Virus record (IMG/VR): IMGVR_UViG_3300010220_000129
Coordinates: 1-42,869 of that record
Strand: one strand, 5' to 3'
DNA length: 42,869 nt
Origin: a virus
Lineage: Duplodnaviria; Caudoviricetes
Shown here: positions 26,587-34,381 of the stretch, in pieces
How positions within the stretch are numbered: the first letter of the stretch is position 1
How the letters are laid out: each line of letters opens with the position of its first letter
Notes under the pieces: generated by a model
Told to the model about the DNA's origin: nothing
The model's database searches: none
What the model saw: the letters and a program-made list of their open reading frames with translations, nothing else
Program-made: the position numbers and the translations under genes

Positions 26587-28180
26587 GGTCGGCCTCCACC
26601 TGGCCGGCGAGGCGGGCGCTGAAGGTGCCGCGCATCATCATCTCTTCGAAGGCGGCGGTGTCCATCTCCGCGATCAGCGTGGCCAGGCGGTCGCGGACCT
26701 CTTCCAGGCTGCCCGCCTCCCCGATCAGCTTGCGCACGGGATCGATTAGCGGCTCGGCCACCTCGCGCCAGTCGCCGGCCAGCGTGTCGGCCAGCCGGTC
26801 GATCTCGTCGGGGGCGGCGGCATGGCAGGAGCAGGAGGCATCATGCCCGACACCGGGGCGGGCAGACTGGACGGCAGGCGGCACGGCGGGCGCGGGTGCC
26901 GGCGCCTGCGGCGCGGGCGCAGCCCCCTTGCCCGAGGGGGTCAGCAGCTCGTCCTCGTCATCCGGGTCGGGCAGGCCCATGCGGTCGCGCACCACGCTTT
27001 GCCCGACGCGCAGGCCGCGGTCGAGCAGCACGCCCAGGGCATCCGCGAACTGCTTGGTGTCGATGGCCACGGGCAAGCCGATATTGACCCGGGGGTAGCG
27101 TTTCTGGGGACCCTTGTTGAGGTCGATCAGCGGGCGGACGATGTCGCGGTTGAGGGCGCTCGCGAGTTGGCGGGCATCGGCGCGCATGATGTCGCGGCGC
27201 ACATCGTCATGGACCCGGGCCGCCGCCAGCGAGCCGCCGCCCACCTCGGTGGTCAAGGTCTGGCCGAGCACCGCCTTTGACACCTGCTTGTCGAGCCAGT
27301 TGGCGAGCTTCTCGTAGATATCGGTGCCGGTACCGCCGCCGCTCTTGGCGGCCTCGACGAACTCGATCACCATGTTCGAGGGGATGATCGCTGCGGCATC
27401 CGAGCCGATATTGGCCACGGCCCGCAGCAGGACTTCCTTGTCCGCCTCGGTCGCGCCGGTGTGGTATTTGCCCACCCGCAGGGGCTGGCCATGCACCTCG
27501 ATATAGGTGACCCAGTCCTTCAGATCATAGTTCTTGAAGAGATAGGCCCAGGCGGCGGCGCGCGCGAGGCCGCCCCGGATCGGCAGGCCGGACTTCGCCG
27601 CCACGAAATGCGTCACATACTTGAACGGCCAGAGCGCCTCGGCCCCGGAGATCCCCTTGAGATAGAGCGTCTCGCCGTCTTCGCGGTCGAATTCGAACCA
27701 GCGCTGGTCGCGGCGCTTCAGCCGGGCGGGCCACCATTGCCGCTCGGACATGTCCCAGATGATCTCGGTGACCGAGAAGCCCTTGCCGATCGCATCGAGG
27801 ATGTCGAACATCTCGTCTTCAAGCTGGTCGCGGCGAAGCCAGTCCCGCACGAGGTCGGCATTCTCGATATCGGCTGCGTCATCCGAGGCGCTCTCGACGG
27901 TGATCTCCAGCTGCGCCACGGCGCGCTTGCGGGTCCCCAGGACCGAGAGGTAATGGAGGTCCTTCTCCTCCATTTCCTCGGCCAGCTCCAGATAGGCGGT
28001 GGCATCGCCCTGTTCGGCCATGCGCAGGAGGCGCTGGAGCTTTGAGGGCGTCAGGCCCTGGGCGGGATGCCCGGACAGGATGCCGCGCACGCCCGAGAGC
28101 GTGGGCTCGGCCTGCTCCTGGCGCAGGCGCTGCATCTCGACGGGTCGGCCGTACTGATCCAGAAGCTTCGCCATCACCAT
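26573..28180 (-). CDS. Portal protein (Mu gp29, DUF935)
   Basis: EEMEEKD, LDAIGKGFSVTEIIW, GQPLRVGKY and SKAVLGQTLT motifs. Confidence 0.93.
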   Translation of the reverse strand: MVMAKLLDQYGRPVEMQRLRQEQAEPTLSGVRGILSGHPAQGLTPSKLQRLLRMAEQGDATAYLELAEEMEEKDLHYLSVLGTRKRAVAQLEITVESASDDAADIENADLVRDWLRRDQLEDEMFDILDAIGKGFSVTEIIWDMSERQWWPARLKRRDQRWFEFDREDGETLYLKGISGAEALWPFKYVTHFVAAKSGLPIRGGLARAAAWAYLFKNYDLKDWVTYIEVHGQPLRVGKYHTGATEADKEVLLRAVANIGSDAAAIIPSNMVIEFVEAAKSGGGTGTDIYEKLANWLDKQVSKAVLGQTLTTEVGGGSLAAARVHDDVRRDIMRADARQLASALNRDIVRPLIDLNKGPQKRYPRVNIGLPVAIDTKQFADALGVLLDRGLRVGQSVVRDRMGLPDPDDEDELLTPSGKGAAPAPQAPAPAPAVPPAVQSARPGVGHDASCSCHAAAPDEIDRLADTLAGDWREVAEPLIDPVRKLIGEAGSLEEVRDRLATLIAEMDTAAFEEMMMRGTFSARLAGQVEADLGGD

Positions 28181-29814
28181 GCCCCTCTGCGGCCAAAGCG
28201 GGCCGTGCCGGCCCCGTCGTCGTGATCGAGATCCGCCGGACGCAGATCCGAGGCCGCGCGGTATCCATACTCATAGCTCTCGGAGCCGGTCGCGGCGTGG
28301 AAGTTCATGAGCGCCACGGCCGTGTCGGCATGACGGCGCCCGCCATCGGTGCCTTCGGTGCGCACGTCGCGCGGCACCTTGCCCACGCCGCCGATCATGC
28401 GGATCTGGCGCAGGTCATCGCGCACGTCCCGGTCGGCCGGCAGGCGGATGGTGCGATCCTCGAAGGCGCTGCGGAAGCCGGGCGTGAACTCGCGGTGCCA
28501 GGCATCCGAGGCGATGAGCTCGGTGATCGTCTCGGGTCCGAACTTCTGGCGCGCCTCCTGGGCCAGCGCCATGCCGTTGCCGTTGGCATCGAGGATGCCC
28601 TTGGTGAAGCGCGGCAGGCGCTCGACGATCCAGAAGAGCGCCTGCTTTTGCTGGTCATAGGGGCATTGGCGCAGCTCGACGATCAGGGGCACATGGCGCA
28701 CGAGATCCTGCGCGGCGTAGCCGATCACGAAGGAGGTGCGGTCCTGCCGCATGCCGAAGTCCTCGCCCAGGGCAAAGGGCCCCATGTCCGGGGTGAAGCT
28801 TTGCAGGATGGGTCCGAGCTCGCGCTCCAGCCAGTCGCGCATCTCGGCGCGGCGATAGGTCTCGGGCAGATCGACGAAGCTGGTGCCGCCGGGTTCCCAG
28901 CGCTTGACCACATACTCGGGGGTCGAGACGGCCTCGATCCAGGCGAGGGGCAGAAGGACGCCCTCGCCCTCGCGCGGGATCGCGTCGAGCTCCTCGCGCA
29001 TGGCCTCGACGCGCGTGCCGTAGGACCGGCGCACTCGCGCATACCAGTCGCGCTTGCCCTCGGCCGAGGCCGTCCAGCCACGGATCAGGCAGACGCGCTC
29101 ATAGAGGCCGTTCTCGACGGCATCGTCGAAGGTGATGCGGTGGATGCGGTAGTCGTAGCGCCCCTCGCGGGTCTCCTTGATCAGCTCGTTAAACGGGTTC
29201 AAGGCCCCGTTATGGGTCGATATAATGCGGATGACACCGCCCCAGATCAGCAGCGCGTTGCAGGCATCGATCACGGCGGCCACGTTGCGGTGGAACGCCG
29301 CCTCGTCGATGACCACCCGGCCCTGAAGACCCCGGATGTTGGCAGGGTTCGAAGACAGGGCCGCGACCTGGAAGCCGCTGGCGAAGCGGATGCGGTAGGC
29401 GTTGATGAAGCGGCTCGTGCCATCGGTCTGCTTGTCCTCGAAGAGGAACTCCTCGATCTCGACCAGCTCGCGCGCGATGGTCTTGGCAAAGCGGGCGCAG
29501 ACCGAGATGAACTCCAGGCCCTTGTCCTTGGTGTCCCCGATATACCAGGTGTGATCGCCCCCGGCCGCGCGCGACGAGGCGGCGATCAGGGTGCTGTCGA
29601 GCGCCTCGGCAAAGGTGACCCCGGTGCGGCGGCCTTTCTCGGCAAGCTTCAGCGGGGATTGATCCTCGATCCAGGCGCGCTGATGCGCCATCAGGATGCC
29701 GTCTGCCAGCGGGTCGAGATCCTCGGGCGGCAGGGCACCCGGCACCTGGTCATCTACGGGCGAGCGCGGGGGCTCGGAATGGACGCCGGGAAGGTCGGAC
29801 TTCAGCTCGGACAT
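28174..29814 (-). CDS. Terminase large subunit (Mu gp28-like)
   Basis: EKGRRTGVT (Walker A-like), VVIDEAAFH (Walker B), IISTHNG and RHAD nuclease motif. Confidence 0.92.
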   Translation of the reverse strand: MSELKSDLPGVHSEPPRSPVDDQVPGALPPEDLDPLADGILMAHQRAWIEDQSPLKLAEKGRRTGVTFAEALDSTLIAASSRAAGGDHTWYIGDTKDKGLEFISVCARFAKTIARELVEIEEFLFEDKQTDGTSRFINAYRIRFASGFQVAALSSNPANIRGLQGRVVIDEAAFHRNVAAVIDACNALLIWGGVIRIISTHNGALNPFNELIKETREGRYDYRIHRITFDDAVENGLYERVCLIRGWTASAEGKRDWYARVRRSYGTRVEAMREELDAIPREGEGVLLPLAWIEAVSTPEYVVKRWEPGGTSFVDLPETYRRAEMRDWLERELGPILQSFTPDMGPFALGEDFGMRQDRTSFVIGYAAQDLVRHVPLIVELRQCPYDQQKQALFWIVERLPRFTKGILDANGNGMALAQEARQKFGPETITELIASDAWHREFTPGFRSAFEDRTIRLPADRDVRDDLRQIRMIGGVGKVPRDVRTEGTDGGRRHADTAVALMNFHAATGSESYEYGYRAASDLRPADLDHDDGAGTARFGRRGAW

Positions 29815-30356
29815 CAGCTTGCCCGCCCCACGCCCAGGAAGCCGCGGCGCAATTCGGCCAGGCGTTCGAGCGACAGGCCGCGCTCGCCGGCTTCCTCGGC
29901 GGCTGCGATCGCATCATCGAGCTTCTTGGCGAACTCCTTGCGGATCAGAACCTCGCGGTCGGCATCCTGCTTTGCGGCCTGGGCCAGCTTCTGGAGCGCG
30001 GTCGCGAGCATCATCGCGTCCTTGGGTTCGAACTGGATGGCCTCGCCGTCCTCGGCAAACATGAGACGGGTCACGAGGCCCTGCATGAGCTCGATGTTCA
30101 GGCGGGCGGTGCGGCTTTCCGGAGCTTCGCCGTACTGGCGCACGAGCGATTCGGCCACGGCCCGCGAACGGCGGATCTCCGAGCCGATGGCATCGATCTG
30201 CTTGACATGCCGGCCGAGCGCCGAGCGCGAGACATCGACATCGAGCTCGCGCAGCTTCGACAGGATCTCGTCGATGGTGCGGCCCCGCTCGCGCAGCTCG
30301 CCAATGAGGTCGCGCAGCTCCGCAGGCAGGCGCTGGATCGTGGACGGGCGGGCCAT
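29814..30356 (-). CDS. Mu gp27-like (DUF3486) putative small terminase
   Basis: MARPSTIQRLP...VSRSALGRH; directly upstream of terL. Confidence 0.85.
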   Translation of the reverse strand: MARPSTIQRLPAELRDLIGELRERGRTIDEILSKLRELDVDVSRSALGRHVKQIDAIGSEIRRSRAVAESLVRQYGEAPESRTARLNIELMQGLVTRLMFAEDGEAIQFEPKDAMMLATALQKLAQAAKQDADREVLIRKEFAKKLDDAIAAAEEAGERGLSLERLAELRRGFLGVGRAS

Positions 30357-30358
30357 GC

Positions 30359-30664
30359 TTACCTCCGCGCGTCCGGGACCTTGACCCCCTCGACCTCGAT
30401 ATCGCCGCTGACCACGTAGGACCCACGCTCGGTCAGGGTGACCACGAGCATGGTGTCGTCGAGCCATTCGAAGGCGACGAGGTGGCGGTTGTGCAGCCAG
30501 TCGAGATCGGCGCGGATCACGTCGCGGGTCACGCCCTTGATCGGACGGAAGCCCTGGCGCACGCCCTGGTAGACGATGTCTTCATTGGCCGAGCTGCCCA
30601 CCTCGTCCAGAAGCTGCAGGACGAATTGCCGGCGGTGCTCCGCGATGAAATCCCTGTAACTCAC
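30359..30664 (-). CDS. Mu gp26-like winged-helix protein
   Basis: RRQFVLQLL...DLDWL...LTERG...VEGV; conserved Mu-like position. Confidence 0.75.
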   Translation of the reverse strand: MSYRDFIAEHRRQFVLQLLDEVGSSANEDIVYQGVRQGFRPIKGVTRDVIRADLDWLHNRHLVAFEWLDDTMLVVTLTERGSYVVSGDIEVEGVKVPDARR

Positions 30665-30993
30665 TTCACGCCCCTCATCAGCCAGTCCTCGATGCGCGCC
30701 ACGGATTGCGACAACCCGATCAGCTCCTGGGTCTGGACCTTCTCGGCGCCGCTGAGCGCCGCCATCTGTTCCTTCAGCCCCGCGAAATCCTCCGCGTCGG
30801 GCAGGTGCTTGATGTCCCGCTCCATCAGGTCAACGCGCCGGGCGAGGGTGTCGAGACGGCTGGATTGCACGGCGATATCGTCCTTGGTGGCCATGGAGCG
30901 GGTGGCGGCGCGGATGAGCCAGCCCGCGGCCGGGATGAACACCACGTTGAGGAGCGGCAGCCATTGCAGGATATAGGTCAGATCCATGCTCAC
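30661..30993 (-). CDS. Mu gp25-like (DUF2730) membrane-anchored coiled-coil protein
   Basis: N-terminal hydrophobic helix, IKHLP motif, coiled coil. Confidence 0.7.
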   Translation of the reverse strand: MSMDLTYILQWLPLLNVVFIPAAGWLIRAATRSMATKDDIAVQSSRLDTLARRVDLMERDIKHLPDAEDFAGLKEQMAALSGAEKVQTQELIGLSQSVARIEDWLMRGVK

Positions 30994-31229
30994 CCCGCCG
31001 CGCCCAGATCGTAGACGCAGGCAGCGGCAAGGCCGCGCACCAGGCTCACGCCCGTGTCGATCGAGAGCGGCCCGCCATCCTCGGCCAGCGCCGCGGCATG
31101 GTCCCGCGCCGGGCGCTCAAGCCCCTGGCAGATGGCCTCACCGCTTGGGCCCTGCACGGCCTCCGGCCGAGAAGTCGCGCAGCCAGCTGCGAGCATCATC
31201 ACCATCGAGAGGCTTGCGATCCGCTTCAT
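30990..31229 (-). CDS. Lipoprotein, putative o-spanin (Rz1-like)
   Basis: MKRIASLSMVMMLAAGC lipobox; overlaps the 3' end of the i-spanin-like gene in another frame. Confidence 0.72.
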   Translation of the reverse strand: MKRIASLSMVMMLAAGCATSRPEAVQGPSGEAICQGLERPARDHAAALAEDGGPLSIDTGVSLVRGLAAACVYDLGAAG

Positions 31230-31398
31230 CGATACGTTCCCTTGTTTCCACATGGTTGCGAAGCGTGCGGACTTCCGTCTCTGCTTCCGCTTCGCGCTGT
31301 CCCTCGCGCCGCCCGCGAGAGGCGGCGATCTTCCAGGTTGCGCCGATCCCGGCCAGAAGCCCGAGGATCAGGGCGATGACATCGGGCAGCCAGCTCAT
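31138..31398 (-). CDS. Putative i-spanin (Rz-like)
   Basis: Single N-terminal TM helix (MSWLPDVIALILGLLAGIG) then a charged helical region; within the lysis cassette. Confidence 0.68.
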   Translation of the reverse strand: MSWLPDVIALILGLLAGIGATWKIAASRGRREGQREAEAETEVRTLRNHVETRERIDEADRKPLDGDDARSWLRDFSAGGRAGPKR

Positions 31399-31667
31399 GG
31401 CAGGCCCTCCGCGCCACGCTCTCGCCGGAAGACGAGCTGGTATTTGGGCGCGCGGCGTTCGAGCCAGGCCCAGAGGCCGAAGACCCAGGGCATGATCGTC
31501 ATGGCGAGATCGATCAGCTGCTCGGGCGCATCGAGGCCGATGCGCCCCACCCAGACCCCGAGGTCGAGACCGAAGGCATGGGCGGCCACGGTCAGGACGA
31601 GGAGGAGCTGGGCATAGAAGGAGCGGGCGTGCCAGGCAGGCAGCGGCGGCAGGGGCGAGGGGTTCAT
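31395..31667 (-). CDS. Putative holin
   Basis: 90 aa, two hydrophobic segments, basic C-terminus, coupled to the endolysin gene. Confidence 0.65.
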   Translation of the reverse strand: MNPSPLPPLPAWHARSFYAQLLLVLTVAAHAFGLDLGVWVGRIGLDAPEQLIDLAMTIMPWVFGLWAWLERRAPKYQLVFRRERGAEGLP

Positions 31668-32437
31668 CAGGACTGCCCCTCCAGCCAGCGCGTGACATCG
31701 AAGCCAGGGCAGGCCTTGGCCGCGTATTCGTTATGGCCGCTCACCCGCTCGATCGGGGTGCGCATCGAGATCGCCTGGATCTGCGCCTCCAGCGTGACGC
31801 CCTGCGCCGCGGTGAAGTGATCCGAGAAGCGGTCGGTGGTGGCGCTGCCGAAGCCACCGATCAGGCAGATGCCGATCGTGCCGGAATTGTGCCCCTGGAC
31901 ATGGGCCCCGACCTCGGTCTCGGGACGCCCGGCCAGCATCGAGCCGTCGCGACCGATGATCCAGTGATAGCCGATATCGCGCCAGCCCCGCGCGCGGTGC
32001 CAGTTGCGGATCTCCTCGACCTGCTCGCGCAGGGTCTGATTGCCCATCCACTCGGGCCGGGTCGCGGCGCAATGGATGATGATCTCGCGCACGAGGTGGC
32101 CCGCAGACCCCTGCCGGATGCCGGTTGGCGCGCTGGCCGCGCCCTCAATGCGCGGTCGGGTGCGGGCTTCGAACTGGGCGCGCGCGGCCGCCGTCAGCGG
32201 GCCGTCAAGCCCGTCGATGGGTCCGGTCTCGAAGCCGCTCGCCGCCATGATCGCCTGCTCGGCCGCGATCCGCTGGCGCGAAACCGGCCAGCTGGCGGCA
32301 CCCGGCAGGGCGATGGCACGCAGGATATAGAGGAGCGAGAGCAGGGCCGCACGGGTCTGCGCGCCCCAGACGCCATCGATCGGACCCGGGTCATGCCCGA
32401 GCGCCTTCAGATGGCCCTGGATGTCGAAGATGTTCAT
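31667..32437 (-). CDS. Endolysin: peptidoglycan-binding repeats + N-acetylmuramoyl-L-alanine amidase (T7-lysozyme/Amidase_2 type)
   Basis: Two GPIDG..G..T PG-binding motifs, then IIIHCAAT, DIGYHW and GHNEYAAKACPGF Zn-amidase motifs. Confidence 0.92.
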   Translation of the reverse strand: MNIFDIQGHLKALGHDPGPIDGVWGAQTRAALLSLLYILRAIALPGAASWPVSRQRIAAEQAIMAASGFETGPIDGLDGPLTAAARAQFEARTRPRIEGAASAPTGIRQGSAGHLVREIIIHCAATRPEWMGNQTLREQVEEIRNWHRARGWRDIGYHWIIGRDGSMLAGRPETEVGAHVQGHNSGTIGICLIGGFGSATTDRFSDHFTAAQGVTLEAQIQAISMRTPIERVSGHNEYAAKACPGFDVTRWLEGQS

Positions 32438-32491
32438 GATGAGGGTCAACCGCTGCTGTTTGCACCCGGTCACCCTGTCATCGCGGCACGG

Positions 32492-32980
32492 TCAGTTCCG
32501 ACCCGGACCCCTGTCCGGCGGCCTTCCCGTCCTGTCTCCGCTTTCGTCAAAATCGTCCGTCGCGCAAGGGCTCTCTTCATCGTCGAGAAGCGAGAAGAGA
32601 TCCATCTGCGCCGAGGGCACGCGGGCGCGGTAGCGCCTCACGGTGCGGATATGGCAGTTGAGGGTCCGGGCGATACGCGCCTCGGACTGCCCCTCATCGA
32701 GTAGGGTGATGATCCGGCGGGCGAGCTGCTGCCCGCGCCCGCTCAGCCAGAGCGGAACCTCCAGCGCCCCCGGGCCAAAGCGTTCGAGGATGGAAGCCGC
32801 CGCTTCCATCCCCACCGACTTGACCAGCACATGCTCCAGGTCGAGCGTCCGCCGGATGTAGATCTCGGTCCCCCCGTGGTCGCGCGCCAGACGCGCGGCC
32901 GCCTCGATGCCGGCAACCTCGGCCACCTGGCGCAGGGTCGGCGGCAGGCCGTCGAAGGGATCGGCGCGGTCCTCAGGCAT
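32492..32980 (-). CDS. Mor/C-family late transcription activator
   Basis: LPPTLRQVAEVAGIEAAARLARDHGGTEIYI plus C-terminal HTH (SEARIARTLNCHIRTVRRYR); directly before the lysis genes. Confidence 0.82.
   Translation of the reverse strand: MPEDRADPFDGLPPTLRQVAEVAGIEAAARLARDHGGTEIYIRRTLDLEHVLVKSVGMEAAASILERFGPGALEVPLWLSGRGQQLARRIITLLDEGQSEARIARTLNCHIRTVRRYRARVPSAQMDLFSLLDDEESPCATDDFDESGDRTGRPPDRGPGRN
32497..32518 (-). promoter_or_regulatory. Late-promoter activator site 1 (Plys-like)
   Basis: CCGGACAGGGGTCCGGGTCGGA on - strand, upstream of the endolysin and inside the 3' end of the Mor/C gene. Confidence 0.75.
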
Positions 32981-33239
32981 GGCGCGCCTCTGCCTCGCCC
33001 GCGCAGGACGGGTCGATGCCGCGGATCGTATGCACAAGGGACGACCCCCGGCCGCGATGGCGATAGGCGATGCGGATGGTCAGCGTGCCCTGGTTGGTCC
33101 GCCACAGGCCCGAGGTCGCGCAGATCACCCAACCCTCGTCGAGCAGATCCTTGTGATCATCGACCAGGGCCGCGCCCAGACGGGCGATCGTCGCGGCATC
33201 CGCCTGGATACGGTAGGAGCGGGACTTGCGGCGGGTCAT
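32973..33239 (-). CDS. Hypothetical protein
   Basis: 88 aa, start and stop overlap with both neighbours. Confidence 0.55.
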   Translation of the reverse strand: MTRRKSRSYRIQADAATIARLGAALVDDHKDLLDEGWVICATSGLWRTNQGTLTIRIAYRHRGRGSSLVHTIRGIDPSCAGEAEARHA

Positions 33240-33682
33240 CGATGGGCTTCCTTCTTGGCCAGGGCACGGCGCTCCCAGGACTTCAGCGCCTCGGTGACCT
33301 TGCGGGCGGCCTCGGGCTCAAGCCATTCCGGGTTGCCGATCCCCTCGGGGCGCTCAGCCGTGGCCGTCATCTTGGCGACGAAGGCGCGCAGGCCGGCGCG
33401 GGTCGGGTTCTCGGGGATGCCGGCGCGGCACATGGCGCCCCAGATCGCAAAGACCTTGCGCACATGGGGCTTGTCCGAGGGGCGAAAGCTGCGCGCGGCA
33501 TTGCCGCTGGCCGCACCCCGGGCGCGCAGGGCATCAAGCACCTGCTGACGCGCCACCTCGTCCATCGCCCGGATCGAGCGCTGGCCGGTGAGCTGCTCCA
33601 GGAAATCGCGCCAGGTGTCCTCGTCGTCGAGGCCCTGCACCTGGCGGCGGCTGGCGTGGATGGCTTTGATCGCGTTGCTCAT
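33236..33682 (-). CDS. gemA: GemA / Mu gp16 family (DUF1018)
   Basis: IKAIHASRRQ..GLDDEDTWRDFL...TGQRS...KVFAIW...LRAFV...EALKSW. Confidence 0.85.
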   Translation of the reverse strand: MSNAIKAIHASRRQVQGLDDEDTWRDFLEQLTGQRSIRAMDEVARQQVLDALRARGAASGNAARSFRPSDKPHVRKVFAIWGAMCRAGIPENPTRAGLRAFVAKMTATAERPEGIGNPEWLEPEAARKVTEALKSWERRALAKKEAHR

Positions 33683-33795
33683 TGTCTTGACGCTCCACAG
33701 TTCGAGCAAGTCACGGCACCAGGCGCCAGGCGAGATCCGCAATAGGCGCAAGGTGGAACAGGGGCAGGTTTGGGCTGCCGGACGCCAGGGGGCAT
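33679..33795 (-). CDS. 38-aa zinc-ribbon peptide
   Basis: CAYCG...CSNCGA; GGAGG upstream; stop overlaps the gemA start. Confidence 0.55.
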   Translation of the reverse strand: MPPGVRQPKPAPVPPCAYCGSRLAPGAVTCSNCGASRQ

Positions 33796-33796
33796 C

Positions 33797-34057
33797 TCAC
33801 TCACCTCCGTGCGGCGAAGGCAGGGCCAGCCGCGGTGCGGGCAGGGCCAGCTGGCGGACCTTGCGCGCCTCCGGCTTCGGCTTTCGCGCCTCGGCCGCCT
33901 TGCGCTTCTGCTCTGCCTCGGTATCGGCCAGGCTGCGCAGGAAGAAGCCCAGCTCGTAGAGGTCATCGATCTCGACCTCGATCTTGACGACGCCCTTGGT
34001 GCCCTTCGTGGTCGAGCTGAAGGATTTGAGGCGCAGGTGCTCGTGCAGGATCAGCAT
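33797..34057 (-). CDS. Hypothetical early protein
   Basis: MLILHEHLRLKSFSST...; coupled to the upstream stop. Confidence 0.6.
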   Translation of the reverse strand: MLILHEHLRLKSFSSTTKGTKGVVKIEVEIDDLYELGFFLRSLADTEAEQKRKAAEARKPKPEARKVRQLALPAPRLALPSPHGGE

Positions 34058-34254
34058 CACAGACCCACCTGCGCATAGAGTGCCGCCCATGCGACAAGGA
34101 ACACGGCCGCCGCGAGGCCCATGCCCTGGACCAGGCGGATGTAGCAGCTGGGCGGCCCATAGGTGCCAGCCCAGGTCGCCGCCAGCAAAAGGACCACCAC
34201 GGCCGCCACGGCCGCAAGCGCGGTGACGCCGGCGAGGTCGATCAGAATATGCAT
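34057..34254 (-). CDS. Small two-TM membrane protein
   Basis: AGGAGG RBS; two hydrophobic helices. Confidence 0.6.
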   Translation of the reverse strand: MHILIDLAGVTALAAVAAVVVLLLAATWAGTYGPPSCYIRLVQGMGLAAAVFLVAWAALYAQVGL

Positions 34255-34338
34255 GTCGCTGCCTCCTGTTCCGGGCTGGCTCATCAGTGCGGGGGTGCCC
34301 TTGGCCCGCAGACCGCAATGCGGTTTCGCCGGGAGACG

Positions 34339-34358
34339 GGCCCGCCTCTCGGCGGGCC
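34339..34358 (-). promoter_or_regulatory. DGR target-recognition hairpin downstream of VR2
   Basis: GGCCCGCC-GAGA-GGCGGGCC on the coding strand: 8-bp GC stem with a GRNA loop, 23 nt after the stop, same geometry as at VR1. Confidence 0.85.
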
Positions 34359-34381
34359 TTCAGATGTCAGGGGATCAGATG

